In this document: one piece after another, positions 1 to 8,659 of the stretch
How positions within the stretch are numbered: the stretch's first letter is position 1
Layout: the number at the start of each line of letters is the position of its first letter
From: an uncultured Gemmatimonadaceae bacterium
GTDB lineage: Bacteria > Gemmatimonadota > Gemmatimonadetes > Gemmatimonadales > Gemmatimonadaceae
DNA: 64,000 nt
Assembly: GCA_963740355.1 (NCBI GenBank)
Contig: CAVUDW010000003.1
Span: 352,001 to 416,000, forward strand
Reading direction: 5' to 3'
Position numbers and translations under genes: made by a program
Notes under the pieces: model-generated
The model's input: the letters and a program-made list of their open reading frames with translations, nothing else
The model's database searches: none
Told to the model about the DNA's origin: nothing

Positions 1-237
1 GATCCAGCGTCCAACCACAACCGCTGTCACGATCGCAAGGACGGCACGTGTGACGGTGATCGCATCCGGTGCGAAGCGCGTCGCTTCGAGCGCAAGCGAG
101 CCAGCGGCAAGCACGAGGACGACGGCGCAGGTCGTGATGGCCGCGCCTACGGCGAGATGACGGAGACGCCAGCGGCGACGAGCCCGTTGCAGCAGTGATG
201 ACAGCGATGCGGCGGCGTGCAATCTCGGTGCGGTCAT
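1..237 (-). CDS. N-terminus of a membrane protein running off the window edge (DUF4175-like partner of the MoxR/BatA operon)
   Basis: ATG at 237, open to the edge: MTAPRLHAAASLSSLLQRARRRWRLRHLAVGAAITTCAVVLVLAAG... A basic stretch followed by TM helices, directly downstream of the BatA gene. Confidence 0.6.
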   Translation of the reverse strand, partial: MTAPRLHAAASLSSLLQRARRRWRLRHLAVGAAITTCAVVLVLAAGSLALEATRFAPDAITVTRAVLAIVTAVVVGRWI

Positions 238-281
238 GGTAGTCGCATCCGGTTGGCGTCCATGCGGGGATGATGCATATG

Positions 282-2345
282 CTACTCGAGGGCAGGCGTC
301 TGCGTTGCCGCCCGGCGCGCCACGATGCTTTCCGCAATCAGCAGCAGGCCTGCGGCGATCAGCAGGTACCACCAGGTCGACTGCCGCGATTCGCGATCCG
401 CCAGGGTCTCCGACTCCGGCGTCGCGCCGTTGGTTGGTGATGTGCTGGTGGTGCTCGTCAGCGCCGTCGTGAGTCGCACGACGTCGAAGGATGCGAAATC
501 GAGCTCGGCCGGCGCGACGTTGGCCGCCACGAGCAGCGGGCGCGCACCAGGCGAGCCACCTGGCCGGAGTTCGAACACACCAGCCTCCGTGAGCTCGAGA
601 GCCGCGGGCGCGTCGGCACCACCGACGGTCGTGCGTGCACCCGACGGTGCGGTCGCGATCCACCGACCGTCCGATGGCAACACCACCGTCGACAGGTCGA
701 CCGGCCGCACACTCGCGCCAATCTCGAGCGCACGCGGCGCATCGCGCCAGCTTGCGGCGTATCGGGCCAGCTGCTGAACCAAGGGAAGAAAGGCGGCCTG
801 ACGTGGCAGGTCATTCCACGTACCATCGAGGCTCGATCCGAAGGTCAGCACACGGCCGCGACCCACGGCATGCTCGGTGAGCGCAGGCGTCCCATCGTCG
901 AAGCGCGCCAACACGCCGGATGTCGTATCCACCGCGCGGTACTTGTAGAAACGCGCCGCGGCGAGATCGCCCGCACGCGGGCCGGACAGCAACGCCAACG
1001 CGGGGTGCCGGCCATCGACGACGCCAAGCACGGCGCCGCTCCCCCCAAGCCGATCCGTCGCCGGCCGGATCGCGCCGGGAATTAGTGCGCGGGCCGCGCC
1101 AGTCCACACGCGAGCATTCGCCTGCTCGCCGAGTGCCACGATCAATCCGCCACCGTTTTCCACGAATTGCGCCAGCGGCGCTGCACCGATGCCTGATGGA
1201 AAGGCCCCATCGGCCAGAATCACGAGTCGCCGGCCAGGGAGGTCGGCGGCCGTGGCGCGACCCGGCGCGCGGCTCGTGATCTCGAAGCTCGGTGCATCTC
1301 CGATCGCCAGCGCACGCGTCAGGAACGGCGTCGAACGCCCCTCGATCACCAGCACAGGCAGCACCGGCGCCTGCGCCATCAGGAAATGAAATGCGTCGTC
1401 TCCGGGGATCGAATCCGCGGCCAGCACCACTCGCGCGGGCACGGCCGCCGGCTGCATCGGCACCGGCGCAAAGCTGACTGACGCGCCACCGTCGCGCGGC
1501 AGGTCGACGGCACGCTGCTCGATCACGCGCCCACCGACTTCCAGCTGGACTGAAACCCCGCGCGCCGCAGGACCAAGGTTGGCGATCCGCGCGCTCACGA
1601 TCACTTGTGCGGGCCCGCCCACCGTGCGTCGGTCGCGTCGCACATCCACCGACCTCACCGCGCGATCCGAAACCGGCGTGCCACCACTGACATCGAGGGG
1701 CGTGAGTTCGGTGCCAGGCGGCAGGCGCGATTCCTCAGTGATATCCCATGCGGTGCGCTGAAAATCGGAGACCACCACCAACGCCCTGCGAGGTGCATCA
1801 CTGGCGGCGAGGCGCTGCTGCGCCACGGCAATCGCTGGCGCGAGCCGCGTGGACTCGTCGCTCGGCTTCAGTGAATCGAGGCCGGTGCGAAGCTGCGCCA
1901 CATCGCCGGTGGCGGCAGTGACAGCACTTGCACGCCGATCGAACGGCACGAGCGTCATCCGATCGCCGGGCGCCAGCGTGCGTATGACGCTGTCCACTGC
2001 AGCGCGCGCCTTCGTCCAGCGTTGACCGACGCGCATCGAGAACGAACGATCGAGCAGGACGACCACTTCCCGTCGACGCTGATCGACGCCACCCACCACG
2101 GGTCGCGGGCCCAGCACCGGTCGCGCAAACGCCAGCACGAGTGCAACGATCGCCAGGGCGCGCAACAGAAGCAGCCACGGGTCGCGAAGGTGCCGGCGCG
2201 AGGTGAACGGCGACGGTGTACGCTCGAGAAACATGAGCGATGGGAACGCCACCGGGTCGCGTTTCTCCTTCTGGACGAGGTGCACCAGTAGCGGGATCGC
2301 GATCGCGGCCAGGCCAAGCAGGAAAAGCGGTGCAAGCAGCGGCAT
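282..2345 (-). CDS. BatA N-terminal domain + VWA domain membrane protein
   Basis: N-terminal 'PLFLLGLAAIAIPLLVHL...FPSLMFL...LLLLRALAIVALVLAFARP'; MIDAS motif DRSFSM; VVVSDFQ; C-terminal TM helix. Confidence 0.88.
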   Translation of the reverse strand: MPLLAPLFLLGLAAIAIPLLVHLVQKEKRDPVAFPSLMFLERTPSPFTSRRHLRDPWLLLLRALAIVALVLAFARPVLGPRPVVGGVDQRRREVVVLLDRSFSMRVGQRWTKARAAVDSVIRTLAPGDRMTLVPFDRRASAVTAATGDVAQLRTGLDSLKPSDESTRLAPAIAVAQQRLAASDAPRRALVVVSDFQRTAWDITEESRLPPGTELTPLDVSGGTPVSDRAVRSVDVRRDRRTVGGPAQVIVSARIANLGPAARGVSVQLEVGGRVIEQRAVDLPRDGGASVSFAPVPMQPAAVPARVVLAADSIPGDDAFHFLMAQAPVLPVLVIEGRSTPFLTRALAIGDAPSFEITSRAPGRATAADLPGRRLVILADGAFPSGIGAAPLAQFVENGGGLIVALGEQANARVWTGAARALIPGAIRPATDRLGGSGAVLGVVDGRHPALALLSGPRAGDLAAARFYKYRAVDTTSGVLARFDDGTPALTEHAVGRGRVLTFGSSLDGTWNDLPRQAAFLPLVQQLARYAASWRDAPRALEIGASVRPVDLSTVVLPSDGRWIATAPSGARTTVGGADAPAALELTEAGVFELRPGGSPGARPLLVAANVAPAELDFASFDVVRLTTALTSTTSTSPTNGATPESETLADRESRQSTWWYLLIAAGLLLIAESIVARRAATQTPALE

Positions 2346-3262
2346 CAGACGGCCGTGCGCAGGAACTCGCGCCGAAGCAGGACATCGAACAACACGCGGT
2401 CCAGCGGTTGCGAGGTGTCGACGAGGCTGTAGTCCACGCGCCCACCACCCAGCTTCGATCGCATCAGCTTGAGATGGGATTCCATCGCAGCCACGTAGCG
2501 TTCCCGCATCCGGCCGGGACTCACCGGCAGCCGTTCGCCGCTTTCGAGATCGCGAAAGGTGGTCGCGTCACTGAACGGGAAGGTGCGTTCCGCAGCGTCG
2601 AGCAACTGAAAAACGATCACGTCGTGCCCAGCCCCGGTCAGCGGTCCGAGCGCTCGCAGCACGTCGGCGGCAGGTTCATAGAGATCGGAGATCAGCACGA
2701 AGATTCCACGACGGCGCTGTGATTGCGCCACCTTCGACAGCGGCCGCGCCAGCGATCCGGTACCCGCCGCTGTCGCGCGCTCCAATGCGTGCAACACGTT
2801 GGGCAGGTGTCGCGCCGACGGCGGCACGATCTCGCGAACGTCGTCAGCAAAGGTCACCAGCCCGACCCGATCACGCTGCCGGCGCGAGAACCACGACAGC
2901 GTCGCAGCCACCAACTTGGCGTAAGCCAGCTTGGTGATACCGCCGTGCGCGTATCCCATTGATGCCGACACATCGAGCAACACCGTGAAATTGGTGTTCG
3001 TATCCGCTTCGTATGTCTTGAGATAGGTGCGCTCGGTCCGCGCGTAGACCCGCCAGTCGACATGTCGGATGTCGTCGCCGGGCACGTAGGGCCGATGCTC
3101 GGCGAAGTCGGTCGAGAATCCGAGATGCGGCGATCGGTGCAGTCCGGAGATGAACCCTTCCACCACCCAGCGCGCCACCAGCTCGAGGTTGCCGATGCGC
3201 GCGAGGGCTGCAGGGTCCATGACGAGGCGCTCAGCCACGCCCGCTCCGACGCTGACCGACAT
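2345..3262 (-). CDS. DUF58 domain protein (MoxR partner)
   Basis: [28 protein letters not shown] and LLDVSASM motifs. Confidence 0.93.
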   Translation of the reverse strand: [305 protein letters not shown]

Positions 3263-3265
3263 GCA

Positions 3266-4303
3266 TCACGCCAATCCAGCCGTTGGGCGAGGCACGGCCT
3301 TCAACAGGATCTCCACCAACTGATCGGTGGTGACCTTCTCGGCCTGCGCGTGGAAGTTGAGCAATACGCGATGACGCAGTACCGGTGCCGCGAGTGCAGC
3401 GATGTCCTCGAAGCTGACGTGGTAGCGGCCGTGCAGCAGTGCACGCGCCTTGCCGCCGAGCACCAGGTACTGTGCGGCGCGCACCGAGGCGCCATAGCTC
3501 ACCCACTCCTTCACCTGCGGTGGGGCCATCGGCGAGTCCGGCCGCGAGGCCCGCACCAGATGCACGGCATACCGCGCCACCGCGTCAGACACGGGAACAC
3601 GCCGCACCAGCTGTTGGTAGGCCACGATCTCGGCCGCTGTCATGACGCGCCGGAACTCGTGGCGCTGAATCGCCGTCGTCTGCTGCACCACCTGCAGTTC
3701 CTCATCTTCGGTGAGGTATCCCACCACCACCTGGAACATGAATCGATCGAGCTGCGCCTCGGGGAGCGGATACGTGCCTTCGAGCTCGATCGGATTCTGC
3801 GTGGCGAACACGAAGAACGGCGCCTCCAGCGGGTAGGTCCGCCCCTGCACCGTCACGCGCCGCTCCTGCATCGCTTCCAGCAGCGCGGCCTGTGTCTTGG
3901 GCGGCGTGCGATTCACTTCATCGGCGAGCAGGATGTTCGTGAACAACGGACCGGGCACGAACGCCATCCGCCGCCGCCCCGTCTCGGCGTCCTCCTGGAT
4001 GATGTCCGTCCCTGTGATGTCACTCGGCATCAGGTCCGGCGTGAACTGTACGCGCGCAAACTTCAGGTCGAGCACCTGCGCCATCGCGTGAACGAGCAGT
4101 GTCTTCGCGAGCCCCGGCACCCCGACGATGAGGCAGTTGCCGCCGGCGAACAGCGCAATCAGCGCCTGCTCGACCACCGCTTCCTGGCCCACGATCAACT
4201 TGCGCAGCTCGGCGAGAATCGCGGTGCGGCCGTCCCGAAGGCGATCGGCCAGCGCAACGTCATCCACGGCAGCGAGGGGACTGGGAGTGTTGTCAGCAGG
4301 CAT
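3266..4303 (-). CDS. moxR: MoxR family AAA+ ATPase
   Basis: Walker A [20 protein letters not shown], Walker B [29 protein letters not shown]. Start trimmed to ATG 4303. Confidence 0.95.
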   Translation of the reverse strand: [345 protein letters not shown]

Positions 4304-4305
4304 TT

Positions 4306-5055
4306 TCAGTGAGTGAGTGCGTAGACGACGTAGTTCACCGCAAGCTTGTACGCTTCGTTCGTGAGCGCGATCGGGAGCAGGCCCTGATCGGAGAATTCCA
4401 TGTAGTCGCCGATGTCGTTGTTGAAGTTGGCGATCATGACCAGGCGTTTCGACGAGTCGTTGTCCTCGTAAGCGCCCCAGAACTCCGATTTCACACCGAA
4501 GTTCGGATGTGACATCTCGAGGTTCTCGATGCGGAAGAACGAATCGAAGATCGGATTCGACGCATCCAGCTTCACCGGCACCAGCGTCGGGAATGCCGTC
4601 CGCCACTTCTCCTCGAAATTCAACCAGTGCCGACCGGCGAAATCATCGAAGATGATGAAGCCACCCTTGTTCACGTATGCCTGCACGCCCGCGAGCTCCT
4701 CTGGGCTCATGGTCCAGAAACCCGGCTCGGACACGTAAGCCACCGGGTAGCGATAGATGTCCTTGTCGGCGAACGAGAGGATGTTCGAGCCGTCGAGTCG
4801 CGGCTTCATGGTCGACACTTCATCGAGGATCTTCATGAAGTGTGTTTCCGACGTCGGGTAGTCGTGATCCCACTTCAGGTCACGTCCCCCACCCAGCGGC
4901 TCGAATTTCACGCGCACGAAGGTGAAGCGACCGTCGTAGCGCACATTCGGATTCGGTGTCTCGCCGGGCGACGCGCGGCGGAAGCGCTGCGCCGGCAATG
5001 CAAGTAGCGGCAGCGTGAAGAGCGCAACGAGCCACCAGCGATTGCGTCGGGTCAT
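4306..5055 (-). CDS. DUF4159 domain exported protein
   Basis: Signal peptide; FTFVRV, WDHDYP, GGFIIFDDF and 'AYKLAVNYVVYALTH' C-terminus. Confidence 0.85.
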   Translation of the reverse strand: MTRRNRWWLVALFTLPLLALPAQRFRRASPGETPNPNVRYDGRFTFVRVKFEPLGGGRDLKWDHDYPTSETHFMKILDEVSTMKPRLDGSNILSFADKDIYRYPVAYVSEPGFWTMSPEELAGVQAYVNKGGFIIFDDFAGRHWLNFEEKWRTAFPTLVPVKLDASNPIFDSFFRIENLEMSHPNFGVKSEFWGAYEDNDSSKRLVMIANFNNDIGDYMEFSDQGLLPIALTNEAYKLAVNYVVYALTH

Positions 5056-7679
5056 GGGGTCTTCCCGGATGAGCGGATGGTGAGCAACAAATCCTGGGCG
5101 GCCTCGAAACCGGGAGCCAGGTCCAGCGCGCGCAACACTTCCCTTCGAGCCGCAACCTTGTCACCCGCTCCGTTCAGCGCGAGGGCCAGGCGGTAGAACG
5201 CATCGGCACGATCAGATGGTCCCAGCGCAACTACCGCACGACGCGCGCGGATCGCACTGCTCCAGTCTCCACGCGCGAAAGCCAGGTCGCCCAGTCGCAC
5301 CTGCACCTTGGCATCGAACGGATCGACCAGCGCGGCGCGGTTAAGTGCGGCGATGGCGGCGGTCGAATCGTGCCCGGACTCCAGCAGGCCGGCCAGCGTA
5401 ATGTTCTCGTCAACTGCATCGCCGTTCTGGGCCGCGATCGCCGCCAGCGCCGTCCGGACTTTCGCCGTATCGGCGAGCGCCGTGTACGCAGCCACGAGGA
5501 AGTGGTAGCCGCTGCCTGGCTCCACGTACGACGGGAACAGCAGCACCGCCCGCTGCGCCGCCTGCACGACTTGCGGCCACGACTTCCTGTCAGCCGCATC
5601 GGCCGCCGCCGTGAGCGCGTCGCGCAGTGGCCCGGCCAGTTCAGTCAGTGGTTCCCCATCCGGTCCGGGCCGCACCACACCACGCACCGCCGCAAACTCG
5701 CGCGCGAACTTCGCGCGGAACCACGTATCGAAGGCGGCATCCAGCGCTGTTGAATCGACACCGAAAACCTGCTGCATCAGCGCGGGCGTTTTCGCACCGG
5801 TGCGATAGCCAGCAAGCAGGGTCCGGATTCCCGCCATCCCCTTCCGCTCCTCGAGCATCTCGAACACGTAGGCGGCCAACGCGTACGACAGGAAAACTTC
5901 CTGCTCATACCGCGGATGCACGAAGCCATCGTTGAGCCGGCTCACCGGCTGCAGGCGCCCGGCACTGTAGGCGGCAATCAGCATTGGCGTGACACCGCCG
6001 CCCCACTCGGCTCGGGCCCGTCGCTCCTCATGCACCGACAGCCCTTCCGACACCCACCGGGGCACACGATTGTCCGTCATGCCGAGGGTGATGGTGTGCG
6101 CGAACTCGTGCCAAAGCACCGAGCCCCAGTTGAATTCACCGCGCCCCCGGGCCGGCGGCTCATCCACCACCAGCACGTTGCCGAAGGCGACACCCAATGC
6201 ACCAAGCCCTGCCAGGCCAACCGCGCGGACACTGAAATCGGCGTGGCTGCGGAAAAATTCGACGCGGACTCTCCCGTTCGGCTTGAAGCCGTACCGTGTC
6301 GTCAATGCGGTGTAGGCCTCTTCTGCCAACGGTGCGGCGTAGAGGGAGATGATGTCGGCGTCGTTGGGTTCGATCACGAGATCGAAATGCGGAGTCGCGA
6401 CCGTGCGTGCCTTGCCGTACGAATCGAGCAGGTCGAGCGTGTTCTTCACCCAGACGTCGAAGGGGTCCAGCTCGAACGCGCGCTGCAGCGTGGCGCGACC
6501 GGCGTCCACCTGCCCGATGCGCAGCAGGTTGATGCCGAGCAATGCCTGCGCACGCGAGTCTCGTGGGTCGCGCGCCACACCGGCGCGCGCGAAGGTGACG
6601 GCGTCCGCGTACAAGCGATTGCGCGCCGACACATCCGCCAGTTCCACTTCCGCGAACGCCGATCCGGGCAGGCGTCGATGCGCGCGGCCCAGTGCAGCGC
6701 GATGTCCCACGGTATCACTGGCCAGCCATCGGGCGGCCGCGATGGCGACCCAAGGTCCCGGTGCGGTGCTATCGACCACCAGCCCGCGCCGAGCCTCAGC
6801 TTCGGCCGCCTCATACGACTCGGCATCGATCAGCCGTTTCGCTGCGAGGGCGTGGCCTTCGGCACCCAGTGGATCGACCGCCAGCAGCTGTGGCAGTGGA
6901 TCCTTCGCGGTGCCGCGACCATCCAGCGCGTAGAGTCGCACCAACGCAGCAAGTGCCCGCGGGTGGCGCGGATTGACCGCGAGCACTTGCTGCAGGGTCG
7001 AGCGTGCGTCAGCGAAGTTGAACTTCTCCAGGAACATCTCACCCAGTTCGACTCGCGCAGCCAGCCGCGCTGGTTCGAGAGCGAGGGCGCGGTCGTAGAA
7101 GCGAAGGGCGTCCTTGAAGCGCTGCGGCTCAGCGCGACCGAGCAGTCGCGATGCGATCGCCATCGCATGGTACTCACTCGCAGTGCGCGCCCCGCCGCGT
7201 GATTCGACCGTCGCCACCAGACGATTCAATCGACTGGCGACGCTGTCGGCCCCCGAACGCTCCCGAGCCAATCGCAGCCGTTCGACGCGGGCGCGCAGCG
7301 AGTCAGGACCGCGCAGCACGAGCGTCCATGCGGAATCCGCCTCGTCCAGCCTGCCCAGCTGCTCCATCGCCGCGGCGATCGCTGGCGCCACCAACGGATT
7401 GGTGCGCCAGACACCGGCCCGCTGAATGCCCTCGGCAGGGCGACCAACGTCAGCCAGCGCGCGCACCAGCACACTCGCACTCGCTGGCGCAGTGGCGGCA
7501 CTCGTCATTCCCCGCTCTGCCGCGGCAATCGCCTGCTCGTACTGGCCACGCTGATACAGCGCACTCGGTGAGACAGGAGCAACCGTGCGCACCGCTTGCG
7601 CCTGCAGGAGCGCGGTCGGGCTGGCGCTGATCGCAATCAGCGCGGCGAAAATCAGTCGGGAGTTCGCGCGGACCTTCAT
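5052..7679 (-). CDS. Exported TPR-repeat protein with a gluzincin/peptidase MA-like domain
   Basis: Signal peptide, many TPR-like repeats, HEFAH...PRWVSEG zinc-binding motif. Confidence 0.85.
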   Translation of the reverse strand: MKVRANSRLIFAALIAISASPTALLQAQAVRTVAPVSPSALYQRGQYEQAIAAAERGMTSAATAPASASVLVRALADVGRPAEGIQRAGVWRTNPLVAPAIAAAMEQLGRLDEADSAWTLVLRGPDSLRARVERLRLARERSGADSVASRLNRLVATVESRGGARTASEYHAMAIASRLLGRAEPQRFKDALRFYDRALALEPARLAARVELGEMFLEKFNFADARSTLQQVLAVNPRHPRALAALVRLYALDGRGTAKDPLPQLLAVDPLGAEGHALAAKRLIDAESYEAAEAEARRGLVVDSTAPGPWVAIAAARWLASDTVGHRAALGRAHRRLPGSAFAEVELADVSARNRLYADAVTFARAGVARDPRDSRAQALLGINLLRIGQVDAGRATLQRAFELDPFDVWVKNTLDLLDSYGKARTVATPHFDLVIEPNDADIISLYAAPLAEEAYTALTTRYGFKPNGRVRVEFFRSHADFSVRAVGLAGLGALGVAFGNVLVVDEPPARGRGEFNWGSVLWHEFAHTITLGMTDNRVPRWVSEGLSVHEERRARAEWGGGVTPMLIAAYSAGRLQPVSRLNDGFVHPRYEQEVFLSYALAAYVFEMLEERKGMAGIRTLLAGYRTGAKTPALMQQVFGVDSTALDAAFDTWFRAKFAREFAAVRGVVRPGPDGEPLTELAGPLRDALTAAADAADRKSWPQVVQAAQRAVLLFPSYVEPGSGYHFLVAAYTALADTAKVRTALAAIAAQNGDAVDENITLAGLLESGHDSTAAIAALNRAALVDPFDAKVQVRLGDLAFARGDWSSAIRARRAVVALGPSDRADAFYRLALALNGAGDKVAARREVLRALDLAPGFEAAQDLLLTIRSSGKTP

Positions 7680-8659
7680 GGCCTGGCCGCCGGTGCTGCG
7701 GTGCGCAACGCCCGTGTCCGTTCCGCCAACTCGACGATCAACGGCTCGAGCGCTTGCAGGTACGCATCCTCGGTCATGGTGCTCCGACGCGCGCGCAGCG
7801 CATCGATGCGCGCCTGCACTTCAGCGCGAGCCGTGAGCGCCGCGGTCGTGGCAGGGTCGGATGCGGAGGTGCCGCCACCGCGGGTCGCGGTGAAGTAGAA
7901 CGTGCGGGCACGGCCACCGTCGGCCCCATCGTCCAGCACCGCGTGTTCCGTCGCCAGCAGTCCACCTTTCGTGAAGACCTGCTCGACCTCATGCTGCGCA
8001 TACGTGAATGCTTCGAGCAGTGAAACGCGTCCATCCTTGTCGGTATCGCCGACATCGGTCGTCAGCGCCCGAACGAATGGTCCGGGAAAAATCGTTTCGT
8101 TCTGCTCTCGCGCGCTCTTCGTGGCCGTGATCACGATGCGACGCGGCCCGGCCAAAGCGTCCGCGAATTCGCCGCTGGCGCTGCCGGTGTGGATGAATGC
8201 GATCGCCGGCAGTGTCGCCGGCGTCAGAACCCGCGCAAAATCGGCCGGCGTCATGTCCGGGCCAGGCAGGTTCACGCGCGTCTCACCCACCAGCGACGAG
8301 CCATGCGCCATCACGATCACCACCAGTCGATCGGTGGCGCCGAGCGACCGAGCCAAGCCGCCCAGCACGCGCTCGATCGTGACCTTGCTCGACCGACCGT
8401 TCACGCGACCGCTCCCACGGGTGGAATCCTCTGCCAGTACGATCACGTTCGCCGCAGGAATTCCGAATCGCTGCGTCGCCGCGGAGGACAGCGCCATCGC
8501 CATGCCATGCCACTCAGTGCCGATGCGCGGCTCGCCACTCACGCCGGAGATCACCACCAGGTGTGTCGACGCAGCGTCCTGCGCGCGGAGGACCGATGCC
8601 CCAACGAGCGGCAGCAGCAGCAGCAGCGCAGACGCCGCAGTCCGAAGGACAGCTCTCAC
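7676..8659 (-). CDS. Exported caspase/C13-fold-like protein with an EF-hand-like loop and coiled-coil tail
   Basis: GTG 8659 overlaps the upstream stop (GTGA); signal peptide; 'VIVMAHGS', 'HTGSASG', 'IVITAT', DTDKDGRVS. Confidence 0.6.
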   Translation of the reverse strand: MRAVLRTAASALLLLLPLVGASVLRAQDAASTHLVVISGVSGEPRIGTEWHGMAMALSSAATQRFGIPAANVIVLAEDSTRGSGRVNGRSSKVTIERVLGGLARSLGATDRLVVIVMAHGSSLVGETRVNLPGPDMTPADFARVLTPATLPAIAFIHTGSASGEFADALAGPRRIVITATKSAREQNETIFPGPFVRALTTDVGDTDKDGRVSLLEAFTYAQHEVEQVFTKGGLLATEHAVLDDGADGGRARTFYFTATRGGGTSASDPATTAALTARAEVQARIDALRARRSTMTEDAYLQALEPLIVELAERTRALRTAAPAARP

